Below, piece after piece: positions 28,060 to 36,340 of a stretch of DNA of 64,000 bases. The DNA is taken from assembly GCA_965279515.1 (NCBI GenBank), contig CBDIID010000003.1:4608001-4672000 (forward strand), in the 5' to 3' direction. How positions within the stretch are numbered: position 1 is the first letter of the stretch; every line of letters starts with the position of its first letter. Made by a program: the position numbers and the translations under genes. The notes under the pieces were generated by a model. It searched no databases, was not told the origin of the DNA, and saw nothing but the letters and a program-made list of their open reading frames with translations. Source of the DNA: Turneriella sp. GTDB taxonomy: Bacteria; Spirochaetota; Leptospiria; Turneriellales; Turneriellaceae.

Positions 28060-28380
28060 ATGGGTCTCGTGCAGGAAATTACAGATCAGAGCTTCGAAAC
28101 AAAGACTTCAGGCGGTGTTGTCATGGTTGATTTTTGGGCGCCGTGGTGCGGTCCCTGCCGCATGGTTGCTCCGGTACTCGAAGACCTGCAGAAAGAGATG
28201 GGTGAGAAAGTATCCATCGTCAAAATGAATGTCGACGAAAATCCCGATACGGCGATGAAATTCGGCATCACCAGCATTCCTACTTTGATGATTTTCAAAA
28301 ATGGCGAAATGGTCGACCGCACAGTCGGCGCTGCGCCTAAGGAACATTATAAGACTATTCTCGGGAAGCATCTGAGCTAA
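28060..28380 (+). CDS. trxA: Thioredoxin
   Basis: DFWAPWCGPC, SIPTL. Confidence 0.97.
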   Translation: MGLVQEITDQSFETKTSGGVVMVDFWAPWCGPCRMVAPVLEDLQKEMGEKVSIVKMNVDENPDTAMKFGITSIPTLMIFKNGEMVDRTVGAAPKEHYKTILGKHLS

Positions 28381-28390
28381 GTATTTAAAC

Positions 28391-28412
28391 GCCGTGGGCG
28401 CCCGCCCATGGC
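28391..28412. terminator. Hairpin between convergent genes
   Basis: GCCGTGGGCG-cc-CGCCCATGGC. Confidence 0.4.
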
Positions 28413-28415
28413 TTG

Positions 28416-28898
28416 TTAGCGCGCGCGGCTGAGTTGTTCGGCGCGCGTAAAAACCGATAACATTTCACGCGTAGACATGGTGCCATCGCTCTGGTCATTT
28501 TCACTGAAAAGACCGGCGCGCACCGCGTCGCGGTAATACCAGGATGAAGATCCTAACAGTTTAGTAAAAAAGCCCCGCGGCAGGTCAAAACGCTGGAAAA
28601 TCAGCCGGGCAAAATCGCTGCGTGTGATCGGTTGGCGGTCGCGGCGTGAGGTAATACCCCTGGATTCGAGGTATGCCTCGATGCGTTCGTTGCTGAGCGC
28701 TGTTTCGTTCTGCACGTTTTTGCTCTGCTCGCGCAGGTCGCGGGTCAGGGCCGAGCGCACAGAGTAAAAAATCAGGTCATAAGAATCAGAAAAGGTCGCC
28801 ACCGAATCTTTGAGGAGCGCGCCCACAACATCGCCGGCTGACAGGGAGGCGGTGAGCAGCAGTACTACTGGAATCCATCGGTAGCGGCGGATCGGCAT
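28416..28898 (-). CDS. Secreted hypothetical protein with SLH-like motifs
   Basis: Start moved to ATG 28898 (signal peptide MPIRRYRWIPVVLLLTASLSA); PITRSDFA, AVRAGLF and MSTREML resemble SLH. Confidence 0.6.
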   Translation of the reverse strand: MPIRRYRWIPVVLLLTASLSAGDVVGALLKDSVATFSDSYDLIFYSVRSALTRDLREQSKNVQNETALSNERIEAYLESRGITSRRDRQPITRSDFARLIFQRFDLPRGFFTKLLGSSSWYYRDAVRAGLFSENDQSDGTMSTREMLSVFTRAEQLSRAR

Positions 28899-28929
28899 GA
28901 TGTCATAATATACGCACGAAACGCGAAAA

Positions 28930-29874
28930 TTACGACACTTTTTTGGCCCCGTCGGCATGCTCGCGGGCCAGCGCGGCGTCGAGGGAAATGCGGGCTTTCA
29001 GGGCGTCGAGACTCGGAAACTTCTCTTCGCCCCGGATACGGCGGTCAAACTCAAAGCGCAGCTCCTGGTCATACAGGTCAGCCTTAAAATCCAGCAGGTG
29101 CACCTCAAGCCCCAGGGGAAACTTGCCGGCTGTCGGTTTATGGCCGAGGTTGGCAACTGCGGCAATCCTTTGGCCATTTTCGAGCACGGCAGTGCCCGAA
29201 TAGACACCGGCCAGCGGCAGAAGTTTTTCCGGGTCGAGCGCGATATTGGCCGTGGCAAAACCGATCTGGTTACCGCGGCCCTCGCCGCGTATCACCCGGC
29301 CGGATACGGAGTAGGGCCGGCCCAGGATTTTGCCGGTGCTCGCGGTATCACCGGCCGCCAGCGCGAGCCGCATGCGCGACGAGGATGTCCGCTCGCCATG
29401 CGTAATCTGCTCTTCGATGATTTTTAGTTCAAAACCATAGCGGTCTTTTGCGGCTGCAAGGTAGCGTGCGTTGCCGCGGCGGTTATGACCAAAGTGGTGG
29501 TCGCCGCCCATCACGAGGCAGCGCATCTTCAGTCTCTGCAAAAGAAAACTGCGCAGAAAGGTGCGGGCAGAAATTTTCAGCGTGTCGGCGGTGACGGGAT
29601 AGAAGACGACGAGGCTGAGCCCTGTCTCTGCCAGCAGGCTTTTTTTCTCCGCGAAGGTTGTCAGGCGACTGTCGTGCTCGAGTTTCTTCATGATTTTCTT
29701 CGGGCTCGGCTCATAGGTTACCAGTACCGCTTCGAGATTCGCGGCTTTTGCACGCGCCACCGTTTCGGCGATGAGTACACGGTGGCCCGAATGGACGCCG
29801 TCAAAGTCGCCCATCGCCACAACGGAGCCGGTTAAAATGTCAGGAAGCGCGTTCAGATCGTCGAAGAATTTCAC
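28930..29874 (-). CDS. ribF: Bifunctional riboflavin kinase/FAD synthetase
   Basis: G.FDGVHSGH, SSSRMR, LGRPY, GFATAN, LEVHLLDF, RGEEKF. Confidence 0.95.
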   Translation of the reverse strand: MKFFDDLNALPDILTGSVVAMGDFDGVHSGHRVLIAETVARAKAANLEAVLVTYEPSPKKIMKKLEHDSRLTTFAEKKSLLAETGLSLVVFYPVTADTLKISARTFLRSFLLQRLKMRCLVMGGDHHFGHNRRGNARYLAAAKDRYGFELKIIEEQITHGERTSSSRMRLALAAGDTASTGKILGRPYSVSGRVIRGEGRGNQIGFATANIALDPEKLLPLAGVYSGTAVLENGQRIAAVANLGHKPTAGKFPLGLEVHLLDFKADLYDQELRFEFDRRIRGEEKFPSLDALKARISLDAALAREHADGAKKVS

Positions 29875-29936
29875 AGAGTTCAGTCGCCGGTTATAAAGCT
29901 CTTTACACCTTGTCGTTCTAAATAAACTCGTAAGGA

Positions 29937-30026
29937 ATGCCCAGCGGCCGTAAACGAAAACGCAGAAAAATCGCGAACCACAAGCGCAAGAAAAAGCGCC
30001 GCGCGAATCGCCATAAAAAGAAGTAA
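29937..30026 (+). CDS. 30S ribosomal protein bS22 (AURKAIP1/COX24-like), 29 aa
   Basis: Translated by hand: MPSGRKRKRRKIANHKRKKKRRANRHKKK*. Matches the bS22 pattern MPSGKKRKRHK..THKRKKR.RKNRHKKK. Confidence 0.85.
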   Translation: MPSGRKRKRRKIANHKRKKKRRANRHKKK

Positions 30027-30068
30027 TCCGGTTTGGGCAGCATAAACTGCCCTCGCCGTTGATTTAGT

Positions 30069-30095
30069 CAAAATCCCGGCTCTGCCGGGATTTTT
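30069..30095. terminator. Bidirectional terminator
   Basis: AAAATCCCGGC-tct-GCCGGGATTTT between bS22 and the convergent phasin-like gene. Confidence 0.75.
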
Positions 30096-30102
30096 GTCGC
30101 AG

Positions 30103-30447
30103 TCAGGTTTGGCCCGGAATCCGGGCGCGAATGTTTTGAGTGAGCTCTTCAATCCGCTTCTGTAAATCTTCCGCGCGGCCCTTGCCGCTCGTCTGGAATT
30201 CCTTGAGCGCGCTCGTCAGGTTATCCGACATTTCTTTGGCTTTCGCCTCATAGTCTTTCACTGAAATCAGCAGGTCGTTGACGAATTTTTTGACCCGCGT
30301 CGCCGCGTCGTCGCCCGAAGAATCCCCCTTGGCGATGAGGTCATTGATGCCTTGTTCGGCTGCTTTGAATGCTGTCTGCAAATTATCTTCGAGTCCCTTG
30401 GCGGCACCGATGCCGAGATTGACGATCCGTTTGAGAAGTTCTTCCAT
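30103..30447 (-). CDS. Phasin-like coiled-coil protein
   Basis: LKRIVNLGIGA...DLIAKG pattern, amphipathic helices, SD GGGGG. Confidence 0.65.
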   Translation of the reverse strand: MEELLKRIVNLGIGAAKGLEDNLQTAFKAAEQGINDLIAKGDSSGDDAATRVKKFVNDLLISVKDYEAKAKEMSDNLTSALKEFQTSGKGRAEDLQKRIEELTQNIRARIPGQT

Positions 30448-30616
30448 GTTGCCCCCTGGAGTTTTACCCCGTTTTGTTTTCCACCGAATGGGATAACCCC
30501 TTTACGGGACAAGTTTTTTACCGGTCTTCGGGGCCTCTCTGTTGTGCTATGCACTATAGTTGTTCAATTTTCGGATCGCCTTTTACTTGGCCTTTTCAAA
30601 AACCGAAAATATAACA

Positions 30617-31879
30617 GTGGCCGAGATAGCGTACAGCAATCCCCCGATCCCGCGCGAGAGCGATCCGTTTGAAGATGCCCATGCGGAAGATTCGTATTAC
30701 GGCATTCTGAACATTCTCTATTACCTCAAGGCGAAATATACACGCATCCACTTCCGTTATTCGGGGTATGTGTATATCGCGCATTGCGAGCAGATCGACC
30801 AGTACGAGGTGCTGCTGACGGCACACGGCTTCCAGGAAACGCAGGAGCGTCGCGCGGTGCTGCAGTTCGAAGCCTACAACCGCTATTATTCGTCGCAGGT
30901 TATGGTCCTGCGCACCAATGAAAACGGCATCTACATCCAGTTTCCCAACGAGCTGCTTTACCTGCAGCGCCGGCGCCATATTCGCCTCAGGTTCGACGAC
31001 CTTTTCATGCGTTTCACGATTCTATATTCGCCGATCGGCCATAGCAGGCTGGATGAGAAGAACCTCGAAAGCCGTTTTCCCTATGTGATGCAGGAGGTCG
31101 CCCGCGAAGACGTATCGCTGCAGACGATGTACCGCATGCTGGTCAGCGAGATTCAGTCTATCAGCTCCGATTTTGAGATTGTGTTCTTCGCGAACAAAAA
31201 AGAAGAAGACCTGTCGCAGGCCGAGAAGATCGTGCGCGACCACGGCAAGACTTTTTATATCGAAGACACCATGCGTGTCTTGTCATACACTTCGCCGCAC
31301 CAGCATGTGAGCCTCGTCAATATGAGCGGCGTGTTCGAGGCGCGCGCGTCTGCCGACGGCGACACGGCGGCACTCAAATATATCGAGGAAATCCGCAAGG
31401 CCGATGCGCGTAATTTCATTGTTTCATACCTGATGAGCCCGGTAACCCTCTTTGGCGCGATGCAGGGTTATGTGCGCGTTGAAACCAACCAGTTTGATAA
31501 GAAGTACATTAACCCGGCGCAGGCGGTAGATCTGCACCGCCTGATGGAGCTGTTTTCTTATGCGATGAGCAAGACGCGCATCCGCAGTTCGCACTTTGAC
31601 CCGAGCTCGGTCGAGACGCGCGTGGTCAATATTTCGCTGTCGGGACTCCTGCTCGAATTCTCAGACGAAGCGATTTTCCGTTACCTGATGCAGCACCGCC
31701 GTATCAAGATGCTGATTCCGGTCATGGGCGACGACCTCGAACTTTTTGGTGAGATTGTCCGCTTCTCGCAGCGCGGGGGATTTTATTATCTCGGGGTGTT
31801 ATTTTTCAAAAGCAAGCCCGGCGACATGATACGCCTCGAGCGTTTTATCCACGAAAATATGCAGTTTCAATTTTTGTAA
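30617..31879 (+). CDS. DUF1577-like protein with PilZ-type motifs
   Basis: QRRRHIR (RxxxR), NISLSGL, GEIVR...YYLGVLF; start uncertain (30560 or 30617). Confidence 0.7.
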   Translation: MAEIAYSNPPIPRESDPFEDAHAEDSYYGILNILYYLKAKYTRIHFRYSGYVYIAHCEQIDQYEVLLTAHGFQETQERRAVLQFEAYNRYYSSQVMVLRTNENGIYIQFPNELLYLQRRRHIRLRFDDLFMRFTILYSPIGHSRLDEKNLESRFPYVMQEVAREDVSLQTMYRMLVSEIQSISSDFEIVFFANKKEEDLSQAEKIVRDHGKTFYIEDTMRVLSYTSPHQHVSLVNMSGVFEARASADGDTAALKYIEEIRKADARNFIVSYLMSPVTLFGAMQGYVRVETNQFDKKYINPAQAVDLHRLMELFSYAMSKTRIRSSHFDPSSVETRVVNISLSGLLLEFSDEAIFRYLMQHRRIKMLIPVMGDDLELFGEIVRFSQRGGFYYLGVLFFKSKPGDMIRLERFIHENMQFQFL

Positions 31880-31896
31880 TTTTTGATGACCTAAGA

Positions 31897-31988
31897 AAAA
31901 CGCAGAATATACAGAGTTTCGCAAAGGATGCGATGTACCTGCGTCGACCTTATGAAACTTCGCGCAACTTTGCGTCCTTTGCGGTTAG
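31897..31988. repeat. Degenerate copy of the periodic CGCAGAG palindrome
   Basis: AACGCAGAA..ACAGAG..CGCAAAG ... CTTCGCG..CTTTGCG..CTTTGCGGTTA. Confidence 0.55.
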
Positions 31989-32014
31989 TAGCGGAATTTC
32001 AGATTGTGTAAAAA

Positions 32015-32356
32015 TCATCCTATGGCGATTTTGCCTTTTTCGCCCGTTCGGATTCTGACGATATCCGCGAGCTCTGTGATAAAGATTTTACCGTCGCCGA
32101 TTTTGCCGGTTCGGGCTCCCTTGATAATCGCATCCACCGCGCGCGGAACAAAGTCTTCATTCACGGCGATTTCAATGCGTACCTTGGGCAAGAGGTTAAT
32201 TTCATGCAGAGCGCCCCGGAATGTTTCCGCATAGCCGCTTTGCTGGCCGCAGCCCTGAACATTGTTCATGGTCATTTTTGTGACCTGGGCCTTGAAGAGT
32301 TCGTCTTTGACCTTTTGTAAGCGGTGGGGTTGTATGAGAGCTGTGAGCAGTTTCAT
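32015..32356 (-). CDS. glnK: P-II nitrogen regulator (third copy)
   Basis: [18 protein letters not shown]. Confidence 0.93.
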   Translation of the reverse strand: MKLLTALIQPHRLQKVKDELFKAQVTKMTMNNVQGCGQQSGYAETFRGALHEINLLPKVRIEIAVNEDFVPRAVDAIIKGARTGKIGDGKIFITELADIVRIRTGEKGKIAIG

Positions 32357-32376
32357 AAATATACCAACAAGGGAAT

Positions 32377-32401
32377 CCCGGCTATAATTTCTATAGCCGG
32401 G
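32377..32401. terminator. Intercistronic hairpin between the second and third P-II genes
   Basis: CCCGGCTATA-atttc-TATAGCCGGG. Confidence 0.55.
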
Positions 32402-32409
32402 ACCAAAAT

Positions 32410-32751
32410 TTATCCGATAGCGCTGGTTCCTTTTTCTCCCGTACGGATGCGGATGACTTCCGCAAGTTCGGTGATAAAGATTTTACCGTCGCCGATGTTT
32501 CCGGTGCGTGCACCGGAAATAATCGCCTGGATTGTCGCTTCGACAAAGTCTTCGTTGACCGCGACTTCAATACGCACCTTCTTGAGCAGGTTCACCTCGT
32601 GAACCACGCCCCGGTACGATTCGTCGTAGCCGCGCTGCTGGCCGCAGCCGAGCGCGTTGGAGACTGTCATCTTAGTGACGTTCGCCTTGAAGAGCGCGTC
32701 TTTGACATCCTGCAGTTTATGCGGTTGAATCATTGCTGTGATAAGTTTCAT
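32410..32751 (-). CDS. glnK: P-II nitrogen regulator (second copy)
   Basis: [18 protein letters not shown]; directly downstream of amt. Confidence 0.95.
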   Translation of the reverse strand: MKLITAMIQPHKLQDVKDALFKANVTKMTVSNALGCGQQRGYDESYRGVVHEVNLLKKVRIEVAVNEDFVEATIQAIISGARTGNIGDGKIFITELAEVIRIRTGEKGTSAIG

Positions 32752-32760
32752 GATGCCTCC

Positions 32761-34224
32761 TTATTCCACAAAGGTCTGAAAGCCATTATAGCCTTCTTCG
32801 CCGTGCTCGCTGATATCGAGTCCCAAAGATTCTGTTTCGGGGCTCGCTTTAAGGCCGATCGTGAACTTAATCAGGAACGCGATCACCACCGTTGCCACCA
32901 CCGAAAGGGCAATGGTAAAGCCGATAGCCTTGAAGTGTTCGCCCAAAAGACCGTTTTTGATCACAGCTTCGAGCGCCGGGTTTGCATCCTTGCTGGCGAA
33001 TACCGCCGTCAGAATCGCACCTAAAGTACCGCCTACGCCGTGAACGCCGAAGGTGTCAAGCGCATCGTCGTAGCCAATCCATTTCTTCACATACATAACT
33101 GCAAAGAAGGGTACTGAACCTGCGAGAAGGCCCATGATAACAGCTGACGTTGGTGTCACGAAACCCGCTGCCGGGGTGATGACAACGAGACCTGAAACCG
33201 CACCTGAGCAAAAACCGAGTACAGTGGGATGTCCCTTGAGAATCCACTCGAGCACCGGCCAGACAAATGCCGCGACCGCTGCTGCGAGGGTCGTTGTCGT
33301 AAATGCGTTGGCTGCAATACCGTCTGCGGCGAGCGCTGAACCCGCGTTAAAGCCGTACCAGCCTACCCACAGCATGCCTGTACCGATGGCAGTCATGACC
33401 ATACTGTGCGGAGCGAATGATTTCGCGCCGAAGCCGCTGCGTTTACCGACGATGAGGCAGAGAATCAGGGCAGACCAGCCCGATGACATGTGGACGACGG
33501 TGCCGCCCGCAAAGTCGATGGCTTTCATGCCTGCTTTGTCAAAGTTGCCGAGGCCGTTCATGTAACCGCCGGGACCCCAAACCATGTGTGCGAGGGGGAA
33601 ATACACTGCGAACATCCACAGCGCAACAAAAACCAGCACGCTGGTGAATTTCATACGTTCGGCGATCGCGCCGACGATGAGAGCCGGGGTGATAATCGCG
33701 AACATCATCTGGAACATCGAGAATACGTTATTGGATACCCACTGCGCGCCCTGGCCAACCGCACTGTCGACTCCCTTAAAGAGAGCGTAAGCGGTACCGC
33801 CGAGGAAGGGATTACCTTCTGAGAACGCGAATGAATAGCCGATTGCCCACCAGAGAATGGTGACGAGGCCTGCGATGCCGAAACACTGAGCCACAACGCT
33901 GAGTACGTTTTTTGTGCGTACCAGACCGCCGTAGAACAGGGCCAGGCCCGGGAGCGTCATGAAGAGCACGAGCAGTGCCGATGTCATGAGCCAGGCGTTG
34001 TGGCCGGGGCCTGCGCCGGCGATGTTGGTTTTATCCGCTTTATCGGCGGGTTTTACCGCAGCATCGTCCTTAACGCGCGAGCCGTTATTCATATAAGCCT
34101 CGATGTCGGTGACGCGCTGTTCGAGCGTGAGCTCTTTCGGCTTCGCCGCATCCTTGGCTTTGTCTTGAGCGCCGACGAACATCGCCGAACTCAGTAGAAG
34201 TACAATCATACTTTTGAACTTCAT
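32761..34224 (-). CDS. amtB: Ammonium transporter
   Basis: PGLALFYGGLVR, DFAGGTVVH, GWYGFNAGS, DDALDTFGVHG. Confidence 0.96.
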   Translation of the reverse strand: MKFKSMIVLLLSSAMFVGAQDKAKDAAKPKELTLEQRVTDIEAYMNNGSRVKDDAAVKPADKADKTNIAGAGPGHNAWLMTSALLVLFMTLPGLALFYGGLVRTKNVLSVVAQCFGIAGLVTILWWAIGYSFAFSEGNPFLGGTAYALFKGVDSAVGQGAQWVSNNVFSMFQMMFAIITPALIVGAIAERMKFTSVLVFVALWMFAVYFPLAHMVWGPGGYMNGLGNFDKAGMKAIDFAGGTVVHMSSGWSALILCLIVGKRSGFGAKSFAPHSMVMTAIGTGMLWVGWYGFNAGSALAADGIAANAFTTTTLAAAVAAFVWPVLEWILKGHPTVLGFCSGAVSGLVVITPAAGFVTPTSAVIMGLLAGSVPFFAVMYVKKWIGYDDALDTFGVHGVGGTLGAILTAVFASKDANPALEAVIKNGLLGEHFKAIGFTIALSVVATVVIAFLIKFTIGLKASPETESLGLDISEHGEEGYNGFQTFVE

Positions 34225-34294
34225 GTTATCTCCTGTTGTTTGTGATTTGTTAATTTGAAAGAATTATTCTCCGGATCAACCGGAAATGGAAGAG

Positions 34295-34328
34295 AATCGG
34301 CTGTTCGTTTTGTTCTCACAGCCGATTT
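34295..34328. terminator. Intercistronic hairpin
   Basis: AATCGGCTGT...ACAGCCGATT, followed on the minus strand by CTCTT. Confidence 0.45.
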
Positions 34329-34342
34329 TCCCGCGATAGGTG

Positions 34343-34684
34343 TTAACCTATCGCCGTTTTTCCCTTTTCACCCGTACGGATACGGATGACGTCTGCAAGC
34401 TCGGTGATGAAAATTTTCCCATCGCCGATGTTGCCGGTGCGCGCACCGCCGATGATCGCTTTGATCGTCGGTTCGACGAACTCTTCGTTCACCGCAATTT
34501 CGATGCGCACTTTCTTGAGAAGATTCACTTCGTGAACCACGCCGCGGTACGACTCGTCGTAACCGCGTTGCTGGCCGCAACCCAGGGCGTTAGAGACCGT
34601 CATTTTTGTGACGTTGGCCTTGAAGAGCGCGTCTTTAACGTCTTGCAGCTTGTGGGGTTGAATCATTGCTGTTATCAATTTCAT
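34343..34684 (-). CDS. glnK: P-II nitrogen regulator (first copy)
   Basis: Same motifs; SD AAGGAG. Confidence 0.95.
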   Translation of the reverse strand: MKLITAMIQPHKLQDVKDALFKANVTKMTVSNALGCGQQRGYDESYRGVVHEVNLLKKVRIEIAVNEEFVEPTIKAIIGGARTGNIGDGKIFITELADVIRIRTGEKGKTAIG

Positions 34685-34721
34685 ATCATACTCCTTATTG
34701 AGGTATCACCGGGCGCGGGGC

Positions 34722-36164
34722 TCAGCGATTCACCTCTTGGAAATCCGCATAAGCTTCGTTGCCGTGTTCGCCAACGTCGAGGCCCATGATTTCTTCATCG
34801 CGTGATACACGGATACCGCCGAGGAGCTTGAGGATGAACCACAGCACCAGAGAAGCCACCAGGGTGAATCCGGCTACTGCGCCGATACCCTTAAGCTGCA
34901 CCACGATCTGGGCGCCTTTGCTCCATTTTGCCGGATCGATCACGTCGCCCGTGAGGCCCGCGATGTTCTTCGCTATGTCGAAGTCATAGAATAATCCTGC
35001 CGCGAGCGTACCGAAAATACCGCACACAAGGTGAACAGAAGTTGCTCCTACCGGATCGTCAATCTTGATCTTGTCGAAGAAGATGACGCTCACAACCACG
35101 AGTACGCCGGCGATCGCGCCAATGAGCGCCGATGAACCGAGAGATACGAACGCACAGGGCGCCGTGATGGCGACGAGACCCGCGAGGGTTCCGTTCAGAA
35201 TCATACCGAGGTCAGGTTTTTTGAGGATAATCCACGCCGCCGCAGTTGCTCCGAGAGCTCCCGTTGCCGCCGCGATGTTTGTACCCAAAAGGACGTGTGC
35301 TACACCTGAACCGTCACCGACTGCCATAAAGCTGCCGGGGTTGAAACCAAACCAGCCGAGCCAGAGGATGAGTGTGCCCAACGCTGCCGAGCTCATGTTG
35401 TGGCCGAGGATCGGTTTTACTTTTCCGTCGGGCGAGTATTTGCCGAGACGGGGGCCGAGGACGATGACGCCTGCAAGGGCCGCCCAACCGCCGACACTGT
35501 GTACCACGGTCGAACCCGCAAAGTCACGGAAGTTCGCCGCACCCAGCCAGCCGCCGCCCCAGATCCAGTGACCGGTAATCGGATAAAGCACCGCTACCAG
35601 AATAAAGCTGAATATAATGAAGGAGTGAAATTTGATACGTTCCGCTACTGCTCCCGAGACAATCGTCGCGGCAGTGCCGGCAAAGACTAACTGGAAGAAG
35701 AATTTTGCGTTGAGGGGTACGCCCGTCCAGTTCATACTGTCGTAAACGCCTTTATAAGCATCGCCGGTTGCAGGTGAATTATCTGCGCCGCCCAGTAAGA
35801 ACAGGCCTTGCTGGCCGATCCAGTCGTTGCCTTTACCGAACATCAGACCCCAGCCGATAACCCAGAAGGAAATCGTCGAGATCGCAAAAACGATGAAGTT
35901 TTTGGCGAGAATATTGACCGTGTTTTTGCTGCGGCAGAAACCGCTTTCCACGAGGGCAAAACCGGCATTCATCCAGAAAACCAGCATCCCTGCCACGACG
36001 GTCCAAAGCGTGTCGATGGCGATCTTCAGCGTTCCCGCACTTGCGGTCACGTCCGCTATTTGTTTCGCCAGGTCCGGGGCCTTTGCGGGTTCTGCCGCAA
36101 AAAGCGCCGCAGGAGCAGCGATCGCCGCGATCAGCATGGCTGCAGCGAGTCTTTTTATTACCAT
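34722..36164 (-). CDS. amt: Ammonium transporter (Amt1-type)
   Basis: AGFALVESG, IVSGAVAER, DFAGSTVVH, GWFGFNPGS, DDPVGATSVH. Confidence 0.96.
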   Translation of the reverse strand: MVIKRLAAAMLIAAIAAPAALFAAEPAKAPDLAKQIADVTASAGTLKIAIDTLWTVVAGMLVFWMNAGFALVESGFCRSKNTVNILAKNFIVFAISTISFWVIGWGLMFGKGNDWIGQQGLFLLGGADNSPATGDAYKGVYDSMNWTGVPLNAKFFFQLVFAGTAATIVSGAVAERIKFHSFIIFSFILVAVLYPITGHWIWGGGWLGAANFRDFAGSTVVHSVGGWAALAGVIVLGPRLGKYSPDGKVKPILGHNMSSAALGTLILWLGWFGFNPGSFMAVGDGSGVAHVLLGTNIAAATGALGATAAAWIILKKPDLGMILNGTLAGLVAITAPCAFVSLGSSALIGAIAGVLVVVSVIFFDKIKIDDPVGATSVHLVCGIFGTLAAGLFYDFDIAKNIAGLTGDVIDPAKWSKGAQIVVQLKGIGAVAGFTLVASLVLWFILKLLGGIRVSRDEEIMGLDVGEHGNEAYADFQEVNR

Positions 36165-36244
36165 AAATCCTCCATATCCAAATGTTAATTGCTACCCGGT
36201 TGGCCGTTTGCGGCGCGAAGCGGACTAAGCACTCGGTACGATTG

Positions 36245-36260
36245 AGCAAACTTGATGCCA
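36245..36260 (-). promoter_or_regulatory. Sigma54 (-24/-12) promoter of the amt-glnK operon
   Basis: Minus strand TGGCAT-CAAGT-TTGCT with exact GG-N10-GC spacing, about 80 bp upstream of amt. Confidence 0.8.
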
Positions 36261-36340
36261 AAATTATTTCAGCCCATTTGTCGGATTTCCTTCCTTATGT
36301 TTATTATTGACAGAGCTTGGGGGCTTCATGACAAGTTGCC

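Noticed and set aside
29880..30152. 90-aa minus-strand ORF with a hydrophobic stretch
   Set aside because: Antisense of the Lys/Arg-rich bS22 gene and crosses a terminator.
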